A DNA stretch of 63,958 nucleotides, filler included, from Octopus bimaculoides (taxonomy: Eukaryota), in assembly GCF_001194135.2 (NCBI RefSeq). It is 5 parts of 4 records of this genome, joined end to end, with 100 filler letters (N's around TTAATTAATTAA, not from the genome) between each part and the next. Parts side by side here need not be neighbours in the genome. Positions count along the whole stretch, not along the records: positions 31,321 to 48,966 come from NC_068996.1; positions 49,067 to 59,144 come from NC_068982.1; positions 59,245 to 62,789 come from NC_068982.1; positions 62,890 to 63,958 come from NW_026431127.1; 1 more part is not named here. The stretch is one strand, 5' to 3'. This document shows positions 48,390-62,923 of this stretch, piece by piece. Numbering within the stretch: position 1 is the first letter of the stretch; every line of letters begins with the position of its first letter. Under the pieces are notes generated by a model. That model was given only the letters and a program-made list of their open reading frames with translations. It did not search any database and was not told the origin of the DNA. The position numbers and the translations under genes are program-made.

Positions 48390-48966
48390 AGACCAGAAGC
48401 ACCCCCGTTAGTGGCTATGGAGCTCAGGGCTAAAAGTAGAGAAAGCTTTATTGTGACTGCTCAAGATCACAGCTTATTGACCCGGAACTATCAAACCAAT
48501 GCAATGACAAATGGTGTAGACCCAAAGTGCGGATACTGCAATGATGTGATTGAATCAGTGGACCACCTAATCTCTGGATGTAAGCTTTTAGCACCTGTAA
48601 AGTACAAATCAAAACATGACACAGTTGGCCAATATCTACATTGGATAATGTGTCAGCATTATAAAATCAAAACTGCTGACAAATGGTACAAGCACCACCC
48701 TGAGGCTGTAACTGAGGGAGAAAATGTAACTATTCTTTGGGACTTCCCAGTATGAACAGACTGGACCATCAAGGCCAAGAAACCAGATATTGTTGTGAAG
48801 GACAAAAGCAATAAAGTCTGTTTATTGATTGACATGAGCAAACCCTGTGACCATAATAGCTCGGCAAAAGAATTTGAGAAGCTCAGAAAATATAAAGATT
48901 TGCTAATTGAAATCGAAAAGATGTGGCATCTGAAGACAATTACAATACCAGTGATTGTAGGAGCAC
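48390..48966 (+). mobile_element. RLE-type LINE fragment: CCHC zinc knuckle + PD-(D/E)xK endonuclease
   Basis: KCGYCNDVIESVDHLISGC, then (across a TGA) KPDIVVKDK..LLIDMSKP..EKLRKYKDL..IPVIVGA; ends at a gap. Confidence 0.88.
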
Positions 48967-49343
48967 NNNNNNNNNNNNNNNNNNNNNNNNNNNNNNNNNN
49001 NNNNNNNNNNTTAATTAATTAANNNNNNNNNNNNNNNNNNNNNNNNNNNNNNNNNNNNNNNNNNNNTATATATATATATATATATATATTAATATGTTTT
49101 ATATAGTTGCATGATTTGTGTAGCATTTTCGGTAATTTAGATATTGTTTCTCATACTCAGAGGATAAAGTCTATATTTCAAATATCCCCAATGTGTGCAA
49201 TATTAATTCCTTGCCACAGTTACATGAGGAATCAGATAAAACGGAAAACTTTCCTATCTATTGCAACAGTTAAACAAGTGTTTACTGTACACAAACAGAC
49301 ACACACACATATACATAAATGCACATGCATATATACATATATG

Positions 49344-49403
<60 letters not shown>

Positions 49404-49928
49404 CGTGTGGGGGTGTATTCATATTTTATATATATAATATATACCAAGTATACGTTTATATATATATATATATATAATAAATATATCCTATGCATTCACA
49501 TGTGCATGTTTGAAAATGTGAATGATACAGATATAAAAATATTACAAATACGTATACGTATATGATATAAATAGATTTTATATATCATATGTGATAGATA
49601 AAATCATGCATGTATATCATATTTAATCACACATTTTATATATATATACATATTATAAATGTAAAATATACAAATTATGTGTGTATATACATATAGATAT
49701 ATATACATACATTATGTGCATAGAATGTGTATGTATTATATAATATAAATATTATAGATATACAAAATATAAATTAGATATATCATTCCAATATCGTATA
49801 TGCATACAATATTAACAAACTGCCACCTGTTAACACGTACAATCGGCTAAAATTGAAACCCGTCCTTCCTATTACAATGAACGGACTAAAAAGGGATACA
49901 CGCGCGCGCTTACATATATACATATACA

Positions 49929-49968
<40 letters not shown>

Positions 49969-50592
49969 ATGTAATAATGTATACATTATTATACTTCAGT
50001 TTATAATGTCTTATCTCCTCGATAAACTGCAGTGAAATCGCATTTAGAAGTTAAAATATGTCGCAAACATTTATGACCTATCCTAATGTTTTTGTTTTTT
50101 TTGTTTTTTTTTTCTTTCATCACTACTTCACGCTACTAATTTTGTATTTTATCAGACCGGATGGTCTACCAGCGCAAATCAGTAACAAGTATTTACCGAC
50201 TTATTTTAAAGNNNNNNNNNNNNNNNNNNNNNNNNNNNNNNNNNNNNNNNNNNNNNNNNNNNNNNNNNNNNNNNNNNNNNNNNNNNNNNNNNNNNNNNNN
50301 NNNNNNNNNNNNNNNNNNNNNNNNNNNNNNNNNNNNNNNNNNNNNNNNNNNNNNNNNNNNNNNNNNNNNNNNNNNNNNNNNNNNNNNNNNNNNNNNNNNN
50401 NNNNNNNNNNNNNNNNNNNNNNNNNNNNNNNNNNNNNNNNNNNNNNNNNNNNNNNNNNNNNNNNNNNNNNNNNNNNNNNNNNNNNNNNNNNNNNNNNNNN
50501 NNNNNNNNNNNNNNNNNNNNNNNNNNNNNNNNNNNNNNNNNNNNNNNNNNNNNNNNNNNNNNNNNNNNNNNNNNNNNNNNNNNNNNNNNNNN

Positions 50593-50625
<33 letters not shown>

Positions 50626-50632
50626 ATAAATG

Positions 50633-50692
<60 letters not shown>

Positions 50693-50782
50693 TACAGAGA
50701 TAGGTAGGTTGATAGATAGATGTACGTATGTATAATACATATATATGTATATATACACACATATGTGTGTGCATATATGTGA

Positions 50783-51115
50783 AGGTGCATGGCTCAGTAG
50801 TTAGAGCGTCGAGCTTACGATCGTGAGGTTGTGAGTTCGAATCTCGAACCGGGCTGCGTGTTGTGTTCTTGAGCAAGACACTTTATTTCACGTTGCTCCA
50901 GTTCACTCAATTGTAGAAATGAGTTGCGACGTCACAGGTGCCAAGCTGTATCGTCCTTTCACCTTTCCCTTGGATAGCATCAGTGGTATGGAGAGGGTAT
51001 GCTGGTGTGCATGGGCGACTGCTGGTCTTCCATAAACAACCTTGCCCGGACTTGTGCCTGTGAGGGTAACCTTGAAGGTGAAATCTCACGGTCAGTCATG
51101 ACCGAAAGGGGGTCT
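50783..51115 (+). mobile_element. SINE family C-related copy with clear tRNA-Arg(ACG)-like head
   Basis: A-box tggctcagtagttagagc, loop ttacgat, B-box gagttcgaatctc, then gttgtgttcttgagcaagacact; the 3' body differs from the 16084 copy. Confidence 0.85.
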
Positions 51116-52203
51116 CAGCTCAACACACATATATATTATATATATGTGTGTGTGTGCGTGTGTATGTACGTGCGGTTATATGTGTACATGTGTGCTTTCT
51201 GATGATATTCGAAAAATAAGTAATTAGTCTTGAAGTTGCCAGCTTTTCAATCAACATATATTTCCACACCAATATATGTTATTGAGTACCCCGCCTTTAT
51301 TTATAGTTCCCTCGGGTTTATAAATGAGTATTACGTTGTATATTTTATATGTTTCTCTATATGTATTTCCATTATAACTCATGTCGGTTGGAGAACAACA
51401 GGATTCCTGCAAAATTAGGTGTAGTGGAGTGTGGTTTTTATAGCTTTGATTTTAATTCTATAAAATCTATACTGACACACACTATAGATACTATAGAAAT
51501 TTTAATAAAACCGGTATTAAAGTTTCTTACTCCAATACAAAATTATATCAAACAAACTTAAGTGTCCTCCAATCCAGAGAGATCATTTTAACCAATTATG
51601 GTAACGACATAAAAGCCAATTATAGTTTCATCAGATCCAGTAAAATTCCATTTGTCGCTAATTAGGCTGATTATAATTATGGTTTCATACATATGTTATC
51701 ATATGTGTGTATATAATATATACATGTAAACAGGTATTTTCATATATATATATGATACATACATATAAAGGTACATATTTATGCATATACGTGCATATAT
51801 ATATATATATATANNNNNNNNNNNNNNNNNNNNNNNNNNNNNNNNNNNNNNNNNNNNNNNNNNNNNNNNNNNNNNNNNNNNNNNNNNNNNNNNNNNNNNN
51901 NNNNNNNNNNNNNNNNNNNNNNNNNNNNNNNNNNNNNNNNNNNNNNNNNNNNNNNNNNNNNNNNNNNNNNNNNNNNNNNNNNNNNNNNNNNNNNNNNNNN
52001 NNNNNNNNNNNNNNNNNNNNNNNNNNNNNNNNNNNNNNNNNNNNNNNNNNNNNNNNNNNNNNNNNNNNNNNNNNNNNNNNNNNNNNNNNNNNNNNNNNNN
52101 NNNNNNNNNNNNNNNNNNNNNNNNNNNNNNNNNNNNNNNNNNNNNNNNNNNNNNNNNNNNNNNNNNNNNNNNNNNNNNNNNNNNNNNNNNNNNNNNNNNN
52201 NNN

Positions 52204-52237
<34 letters not shown>

Positions 52238-52595
52238 TTTATTAATGCATACAATAAAACTGTGCAACTCGAGTTTCATGTCTAAGTGAAGGTACTTGAT
52301 TTAACATCCTAAGGGACATGACCTAGATTTTTTTTAAATCGCGTTTACCCTTATATAAAGTATTACTATTTCTCAGCGATTACTGTCATCTTTTTCCGTG
52401 ATGTCAACGAAGTCAATTACCTTCGGTTCGACATAAAACTCAAGTTATTCTAAGCAAAGTTATTCTGCATAAAGTTAACATTCATAATACTATGAGAAAC
52501 TGAATGTTTTCAATTGCTGAATCTATCAATAAACAGACTGTTAATATACATACATACATACATACATACATGCATACATACATACATACATACAA

Positions 52596-52628
<33 letters not shown>

Positions 52629-52885
52629 CATATATATATGTGTATATATAAACACAGAGACACAGAGATAGAGAAAGAGAGAGAGAGAGTGAGAGAGAGA
52701 GATGATATTCATTCATACGTATAGATATATAATACGAATGTATATATTCATATTTTATATATTATATATATTTCATGAATACATTATGTCTCGTATATAT
52801 GCTATATCTATATTATCACATATGTAGTATATATTGCGTATAATATATGCATATGTGTGTATATATATATGATATACATATATAC

Positions 52886-52941
<56 letters not shown>

Positions 52942-53157
52942 AGATAATTACATATAATTTTTATATTCTATTACATATATCAGATATATATGCATGTACA
53001 TTTGTATAGCTGCCATCGATTCTTAACAAATCTCTATATAAATCTTTATTTATGCCTATTACACAAATCGGAAATCATTAAGTGCTTTGTGCATATGAAT
53101 ATATGAATACATGCGCATATGCGAATTTGCATCTACATGTGATATCGTGTGTAGAAC

Positions 53158-53199
<42 letters not shown>

Positions 53200-53274
53200 G
53201 TGTGTGTGTATATATATATATGTATGTATGTATATATGTCTGTATGTATGTATGTATTTCTATGGACTCTCCCG

Positions 53275-53482
53275 TCGTTAGACGACGTATGAGGGTTCGA
53301 CAATTTCTTCCCGAACAACCACACAGATGATTTGATTATAGTGATGAAATGCTTGTGTAGACATAAGCTCACTTCTCTATCAAATGATCGGAGAGCAATG
53401 TGAAATGAAATGCTTTGCTCAAGAGCAAAACGCAACGCCCGGTCTGAGAATTGAACCCACTATCTCGCAATCGTCAGTGCAA
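53275..53482 (-). mobile_element. Degenerate SINE family C copy
   Basis: Reverse complement of ggcttagccgttagggtgttgcac..gggttcaattctc..ttgctcttgagcaaagcattt. Confidence 0.7.
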
Positions 53483-53618
53483 CACCCTAACGGCTAAGCC
53501 ATGCTGTGTATGTATATGCACACAGAGGGGACAAATACAACTGTAGAGCTTTTCTTTAAAAAAAAAAAAAAAGTAAAATAAAAATTAACAAATCCGATCA
53601 AAAGGGATCGGTAGGGGC

Positions 53619-53680
<62 letters not shown>

Positions 53681-53938
53681 CTGTCTTTATTGGCCACACA
53701 GGGCTGAACACAGCGGGGGGAAATACAAATGTAGAGCTTTTTTTTTTTTTTTTCGAAAATGAAAAAGAAAAAGGGGGAAAAATAGAAAAAGACTAGAATT
53801 CCGATCAAAAGGGGCGGAAAAAGAAAAGCGATCAAAAGGGATCGTGCATCACAGAAGAAATTTTTTTAATGTAAGAAGCAAGATTAGGTTTATCTGTGGA
53901 AAGAACAGCCTACGGAAAAAACCGCGGTAACCTCGGGC

Positions 53939-54013
<75 letters not shown>

Positions 54014-54349
54014 CAGGCAGACAGACAGACAGACAGACAGACACACAGACAGACAGACACACACGCACACACATATGTTTAGTAAAGCTCATAAATCTCA
54101 ACATCTCAAGTTTCTAACTCCAATAAAGATAATGATAAAGTTAATTATATTAATAATGATGACATCGATAATGATTTCAATTGTTTGGTACATGCGTGTC
54201 AATAATACTTGACATCACCTCTAAAACACTCCCACACGGATGATACTAATACCTTTACGAATCTAAACGTCATCCATATACATCATAATCCCTTACAACT
54301 GAATACGAACTGGTTCCATAAGCAGATACCTGGAAAACATACTCCAGTT

Positions 54350-55215
<866 letters not shown>

Positions 55216-56420
55216 AAATAAATCCACCAATAAAATAAGTCTGTAATGTATACGAAATACCATGGAAGACAGAAGGACAAAATTGACCGAAACAATATTT
55301 TTACTCCATAATTTCTAAAATTTTGGATGAAGAGAACAGTCGTTTAGATTGCCGCCATTGCTTGGCTTTATTAGTTTTGTCGGTAGTAGTAGAGTTGGGA
55401 AGCAAAATTTAACCGCAGTAGTATTTAAACTCGGAGCATAACGCTATGAATCCAAATACCACGTAACAGTTCACTCTTCCCTCAAATGATTCTGTTATTC
55501 AATACATTTAATAATGGTTTCTACCTTCAACTGAGGGTCACATATTTTGAGATGCATATGATTTACCATTCCACTACACGATTTGTTTATTTATAGCTCT
55601 CCGCCCCAGAGGAACGATGTCAAAATCGACCCCTGCTAATGTGATTTGAAACCAGAAATGTAATATATATATAGTCCAGTGATCTATCAGTTTTGTCACT
55701 TCTCCACTGTTCTTATTAATGCTTTATAATATAAGCACAAGTTTTGGAAGAAAACTATAGTCGATTAGATTTGCTACAATGCTTGCTAGTATTTAATTTA
55801 TAGACGCCTGAAATATAAAAGGCAAATTCGAATTAAGCTTTAAATGAACCTAGAAAGTAAAACGACGTAACTAAACACTGCAGAATATTTTATCCGGCTC
55901 TCTACTGGTTACTCATCGAACAAAGTGCCTTGCGGTATTTCTGTATATCGCAGGACATTTAATTCGTAAGTCTACGATTCTGCTATTATTTAATAATAAT
56001 TGTTTCTAGCCTAGATGCAAGGCCAAATATTTGCAGGAGAGAATCAGTCGAATATGACAGGAACGGTGATGCCTTGCATAGACACAAAGTTTGTGTAAGA
56101 GATCGAACATGTTTAGGGAAAGGTGCCCACTCAGTATTTTACTGGTATTCAATCCATCGACTCCGAAATGATGATGATGACAATGATGACGACGATGATG
56201 ACAGTCCTTTCTACCATAGACACAAGGTCTGAAATTTTGTGGTGGGGGGGTGACTAGTCGGTTGCATCGACTCCAGTGTTCTACTGATACTTATTTTATC
56301 GACCACGAAATGATGGGAGGCAAAGTCGACCTCAGCGCATTAGAACTCAGAAGATAATGATGGACGAAATGCCGCTAAACATTTTGTCCGGCATGCTAAT
56401 GACGCTGCTTGGTAGCCGCC

Positions 56421-56661
<241 letters not shown>

Positions 56662-56897
56662 CGATTTCAAATCTTGCACAAGGCCAGCAATTTCGAGGAA
56701 TTGACTAGTCGATTACATTGACTCCAATGCTGGACTGGTACTTATTTTATTAACCCCCGAAGCGATGAAATGCAAAGTCGACCTTGACAGAATTTGAACT
56801 CAAAACGTAAAGATGGACGAAAAGCCACAAAGCATGACCCTTCTAGCTTGTCGCCTTAATAATGATGTTGAAGATGATGATCATGATGATCATGATG

Positions 56898-57000
56898 AGA
56901 AGAAGAAGAAGAAGAAGAAGAAGAAGAAGAAGAAGAAGAAGAAGAAGAAGAAGAAGAAGAAGAAGAAGAAGAAGAAGAAGAAGAAGAAGAAGAAGAAGAA
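56898..57000. repeat. Pure (GAA)n tract, about 34 units
   Basis: Direct reading. Confidence 0.98.
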
Positions 57001-57862
57001 CGTTTTCTAATTTAGAATTTTTTTTTTTTATAGGCACAAGACCCCAATTTGTAAAGGGAGAATTTAGTTCAAAACATCGACCGTAACACTGAAAAATATG
57101 AAAAAACACGAAAGCTGAAATGCCATGTCAACCTCGGCAGGATTCGAACTCAGAATATAAAGAACTGGAACAAATACTACATGGCATTTCTTCCAATGTT
57201 CTAATGATTCTGACAACTTGCCGACATTGTTTCTGCTTTAGGCACAAGATCAGCAGTTTGAGGGAAGGGGATTAATCGATGTCACTGACCTCAGTGCTTC
57301 ACAGATACTTTATTTTTGTCGACCCCGATGAACGAAAGGCAAAGATTTCACCTCGACTGAATTTGAATTCAGAACGTGAAATGCCGGAAAAAAAAATCTC
57401 GGAAAGGTCGCCATAATAAAAATTAATATACCACATGCTCCGTACAATCGCCACCCGACACTGAGAAACAAAATGCAACTTACAAATGAATACATAAATA
57501 GTTAACAAGTTATACAACACTCACGTCACATAATCTAGACTAGGGACAGACGACACCGGAATTAATAAAACAAAGTAAAACGAATGTAGCATACAAGTAT
57601 CATTTTACACCCCTAGAAATATTAATGTAAAATATATCTCAGGGATACAGAGGTGCACCTAATGAGGCAATAGAATCTAGTATATAATTGTTGACAACAT
57701 GCGAATTATAACAATAATAAGTCGATTATATCGACTCCAGTGCTCAAGTGATAATCAATGCAGTCACCCCGAGGTGAAGATGAAAAGCAAGGTCGACCTC
57801 GGCAGAATTTGAACTCAGAACGTATAGACATACGAAATGCCGCTGAGCGATTTTGTCTGCCG

Positions 57863-57919
<57 letters not shown>

Positions 57920-57957
57920 TTGATGATGATGATGATGATAATGATAATAATAATAAT

Positions 57958-58040
<83 letters not shown>

Positions 58041-58591
58041 ATAAAAATAATAATAATGTTTCTGATTTAGACACAATGCTTGTGGGTGGGGTAGGTGTTA
58101 TCATCAACCCTAATATTTGACTGGTACCTCATTTTTACGATTCCAGAAAAATGAAAGGCAAAGTTAACTTCGGGGTATTTGAATGACATCAACAACAACG
58201 GTGATGATGATGATGATGATGATGATGACGACGACGACGACAATGACGACGACGACGATGATGATGACGATGATGATGATGATGATGATGACGACGAAGA
58301 TTGTCGTTTATGATTACTTTTATTTTGCTTCTGGGGCATCTGATGAGAAGGACAACAATAACAAAATTAACAAAAGCTATAGCGTCACCAACAACAAAAT
58401 AAAAGAAAAGACCAATAACTGCAAGAACAATTACAAACAAAAAAAAAAGTTGTATCATCCAATAATAAATAAAAACAATATATTCATCATTGTAATAATT
58501 TTTTTTTTTCCTTTCCTTTTCAAAGCAATAATAACAGCCAAACAAAAAAAAAACAATAATAAAAGAAATAGCTGAAGTAGAATTTACTTAC

Positions 58592-58616
58592 CAGAAATGA
58601 AGAGTTGTGAATCGAC
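58592..58616 (-). other. Candidate 25-nt exon (5' UTR or upstream coding exon, possibly of the collagen gene)
   Basis: Long polypyrimidine tract tttttctctcaactttttgtttttcaag|GTCGATTCACAACTCTTCATTTCTG|gtaagta. Same strand as the collagen; linkage to it is unproven. Confidence 0.5.
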
Positions 58617-58798
58617 CTTGAAAAACAAAAAGTTGAGAGAAAAATGGGAGTTACTTTCTCTTGAAACTTGATGAACTATTTAAATATTTTCACTTGTGAT
58701 AGTGGTAGTGATGACAGTGGTGGTTGTGGTTGTGGTTGTGGTTAGGGTTGTTGTAGAGGTGATAGTGGTAATGTGTTTTGTGGAGTTACTTTTTACCT

Positions 58799-58843
<45 letters not shown>

Positions 58844-59104
58844 AGTTCCATCTTCTCATCTTTGTTTCATTTCTTCATTCGTTCATTCAATCTACTTCTC
58901 TAAAAATCCATCTCAATAATTCCCTTTTATATTGCGAGATTATGCAGATTTACGATATATGTTTTTATGTGTGCATATCCACACCTCCTCACTCCTCTTT
59001 GTCTCTCTCCTCCTCTATCTCCCTCTTTCCCTCTCCCCACATACATAAATATATATACATATGCGCGTGTTTCTCTCTGTGAAGAGATATGTATAAGAAT
59101 ATAA

Positions 59105-59144
<40 letters not shown>

Positions 59145-59244
59145 NNNNNNNNNNNNNNNNNNNNNNNNNNNNNNNNNNNNNNNNNNNNTTAATTAATTAA
59201 NNNNNNNNNNNNNNNNNNNNNNNNNNNNNNNNNNNNNNNNNNNN

Positions 59245-59277
<33 letters not shown>

Positions 59278-60524
59278 TAGATAGATAGATAGATAGATAT
59301 ATAGATATTGTCGTCGTGCCACTCCGACCCCGAAAGGAGGAAAAGCAAAGTCGACATCGGTGGAATTTGAACTCAGAAGGTAAAGACAAACGAAATGACG
59401 CTAAGCATTTCTCCCGGCGTTCTAAAGTTTCTTATTTCTTTATTGACCACAAGAGGGGACAAACAAGGCCAAAACAATGGATTAAGTCGATTACATCGAC
59501 CCCAGTGCGTAACTGGTACTTAATTTATCGACCCCAAAATGATGAAAGGCAAAGTCGACCTTGGCGGAATTTGAACTCCGAATGTAACGGCAGACGAAAT
59601 ACCGTTAAGCATTTCGTCCGGCGTACTAACGTTTCTGCTACGTCGCTGCCTTAGAAACAGATTATAGCGTTCCCATGTGCAGAGATGAAAATTTCTATCT
59701 GGTGGGTGGTAAGATTTTACAGAACATATAATCTTCCATAAAAATTTAAAACTTATATTACTCTCTTTAAATTTCTAGATAAATTTATAAAGGCTAGTCG
59801 AAGAAAGTTTATCAGAGTTTCTAAATGAGTATTCATGGTTAGCCACAGGCAATTTGATATACGATTGAGTTGAACGTATATAGAAAAATTATTTACCTTC
59901 AGTTTCAACAATAGCTTGTTATACTAAATTCTTCCGTTTGCAATAATTATTAAATTTACATTGTTCCTTAACTCTACAATCGCGTACAAAGAATAAGTCC
60001 TGGGTCGATTTGCTCGACTAAAGGCGGTGCTCTAGCATGGCCGCAGTCAAATGACTGAATCAAGTAAATGAGTAAATTTATAAAGCAACATTTGTTTTTA
60101 CTTGCTTAGATAATATTCTCCTTTATTTACTTATTACCAATATTTGGACTATGATAACAATTTATGTAGGGTATATAAATTTTATTTCTTTTTATATTGT
60201 AAATAGTGTTAAATTTGATATTATAATTCCTGGATGGACTCATGTCCTTTTTGACCTTGATGGTGGCTGAAATATTATGTATTTGTATTGTTATTTTTAA
60301 AAAAACTTTCAACATTTTTATAACATACAAATAAATTATCCATACATCCATCTTTCTCCATTTTCTTCCTTTTAATATTAATAATATGTAATACTACAAT
60401 ATTCCCTAACATAACCCAAACTTGCTCATTATATGAAAATGGAAATTTTGGGGATTATATAATCCCCAATGTGGATCTAACATCTTCAGATTGACTATAT
60501 CTCTCTTTCTCTCTATCTCTCTCT

Positions 60525-60572
<48 letters not shown>

Positions 60573-61166
60573 NNNNNNNNNNNNNNNNNNNNNNNNNNNN
60601 NNNNNNNNNNNNNNNNNNNNNNNNNNNNNNNNNNNNNNNNNNNNNNNNNNNNNNNNNNNNNNNNNNNNNNNNNNNNNNNNNNNNNNNNNNNNNNNNNNNN
60701 NNNNNNNNNNNNNNNNNNNNNNNNNNNNNNNNNNNNNNNNNNNNNNNNNNNNNNNNNNNNNNNNNNNNNNNNNNNNNNNNNNNNNNNNNNNNNNNNNNNN
60801 NNNNNNNNNNNNNNNNNNNNNNNNNNNNNNNNNNNNNNNNNNNNNNNNNNNNNNNNNNNNNNNNNNNNNNNNNNNNNNNNNNNNNNNNNNNNNNNNNNNN
60901 NNNNNNNNNNNNNNNNNNNNNNNNNNNNNNNNNNNNNNNNNNNNNNNNNNNNNNNNNNNNNNNNNNNNNNNNNNNNNNNNNNNNNNNNNNNNNNNNNNNN
61001 NNNNNNNNNNNNNNNNNNNNNNNNNNNNNNNNNNNNNNNNNNNNNNNNNNNNNNNNNNNNNNNNNNNNNNNNNNNNNNNNNNNNNNNNNNNNNNNNNNNN
61101 NNNNNNNNNNNNNNNNNNNNNNNNNNNNNATATGTATTATGTATGTATGTGTGTGTGTGTGTATGC

Positions 61167-61198
<32 letters not shown>

Positions 61199-61219
61199 TT
61201 ATTTATTCAGTCTATCACA

Positions 61220-61671
61220 CTGAGGGTGATAGACTGAATATTAATTTAATGAACCTCAATTTAAAACCAGTGGCCTAGCATATAAAAAAAAATCTGAAAA
61301 TTCAGAAAAATTGTATTACATGCGTATAAGAAGGGATGACCACTAAGTGGACGTCCGATATGCTAGAAAGAGTTCATCAACGACCCAACCACAAAGAAAA
61401 ATCATGTTCTCCAGAAATAATATCAGCCAACACCAGACTATAAGCGGGCAAGACAGATGGAAAATATACAAAATATAGAATTTAATCATATACCAATTTC
61501 CCCAACAACTGTTTCGCTTACGTAAAAACGTCTGTGGTTCATCAATACAATCATTCTAAATTCAATATAATTTGCAGAACTTTACACGAATTGTCAGATG
61601 TTTTTTTAAATGCTAGGCCACTGGTTTTAAATTGATGTTAATTAAATTAATATTCAATTTATAACCCTCAG
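61220..61671. mobile_element. MITE with ~85-bp TIRs starting CTGAGGG
   Basis: 61220-~61305 is the reverse complement of ~61590-61671 (shared core caatttaaaaccagtggcctagcat); TA on the right flank only. Confidence 0.85.
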
Positions 61672-62439
61672 TATATAAATATTAATTTAGATAGTTATAT
61701 TCTCTAGCCGGCAACATATACTGCAGTGAATTATCCTCTGCAGAACTGTTTCCGAAATTTAACACGCCAAAGCTGAGACATTTGAAAATAACCCCAATGC
61801 AATCGGTAGAACAGTACGCACGTCAAATTTTATGACAAGCGACACGCACGGATGTAGATCCTAAGACGAAACACCAAAACGACCAAACATACAATGACCA
61901 AAACTTATCCCAATAGTGTATGGTTCTCTGCTGATCCCTTAAGCAATTTCGATGACCTTACAAACATTTTGTTCTTCAGCCTACACTCCAACATCTGTGG
62001 TGATCGACATACATGCATCCCTACACCGCACACAAAAGTGTGACTATATATAGATACATACGCAAATCCCCTATCATTACTCTTTTGTGTACGGGCGTAT
62101 ATATGTATATATATATACATATATATGTGCAAGTATGAGTGCCTACCCTTATATCATCCTTTTAGTTTTATCCTAAGTAGTATATATTTCGAAGAAGAAT
62201 TTAGTGTCACCATCTGTAACCGAGCAGTTTTTTTATGTGCTGATAAAGAGAAACCACTCAGAAACCATTGGTGTACAGATATTACTATGAACTGAGTGGG
62301 GACACTACTCTTCCTTGTTCGAAAATGTAATGTCGCAGATAGTGCGTCGATAGCCAGCTAGAGACGATGTTTCCTGAGGATAAATAGCAGTAGCGTTCGT
62401 CCTAATCAGAACTGCCACATTATTTTGGCAAATAATCTC

Positions 62440-62789
62440 TACTATATATATATAAGCTATATCAGAGATGACTTGGATATGCTAAATCACCTCCCAAAGG
62501 AAGTAAAGGAAGAAACAATCATGGTCTCATTTGACGTGATTAATTTATACACCAGTATACCTCATAATTATGGACTTGAGGCAATTCAATTCTGGCTGGA
62601 TCAATTCCCGAAAGAAATCCCAAACAGGATCAGTAAAGAATTCATTACTAAATCGGTTGAATTCATCTTACGAAACAACCACTTCATGTTTGGCAATACT
62701 TTCTACCGACAAAAATCCGGAATTGCTATGGGCACTAGGGCAGCTCCAGTCATTGCGAACCTAACAATGGGTTACTTGGAAATAATAAT
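62440..62789 (+). mobile_element. Penelope-like element reverse transcriptase fragment
   Basis: IRDDLDML...MVSFDVINLYTSIPH...LRNNHFMFGNTFYRQKSGIAMGTRAAPVIANLTMGYLE; open frame up to the gap. Confidence 0.9.
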
Positions 62790-62892
62790 NNNNNNNNNNN
62801 NNNNNNNNNNNNNNNNNNNNNNNNNNNNNNNNNTTAATTAATTAANNNNNNNNNNNNNNNNNNNNNNNNNNNNNNNNNNNNNNNNNNNNATT

Positions 62893-62923
<31 letters not shown>

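Noticed and set aside
50783-50860. tRNA-Arg(ACG)-like sequence as a tRNA gene
   Set aside because: No proper acceptor stem, and it continues directly into the SINE body; it is a SINE head.
60127-60351. Minus-strand ORF MDVWIIYL... / MSPSRNY... as the first coding exon; alternate frame has GQK-GHE
   Set aside because: No convincing signal peptide, weak donor, and the Gly-X-Y frame hits a stop after six codons; unsupported without transcripts.
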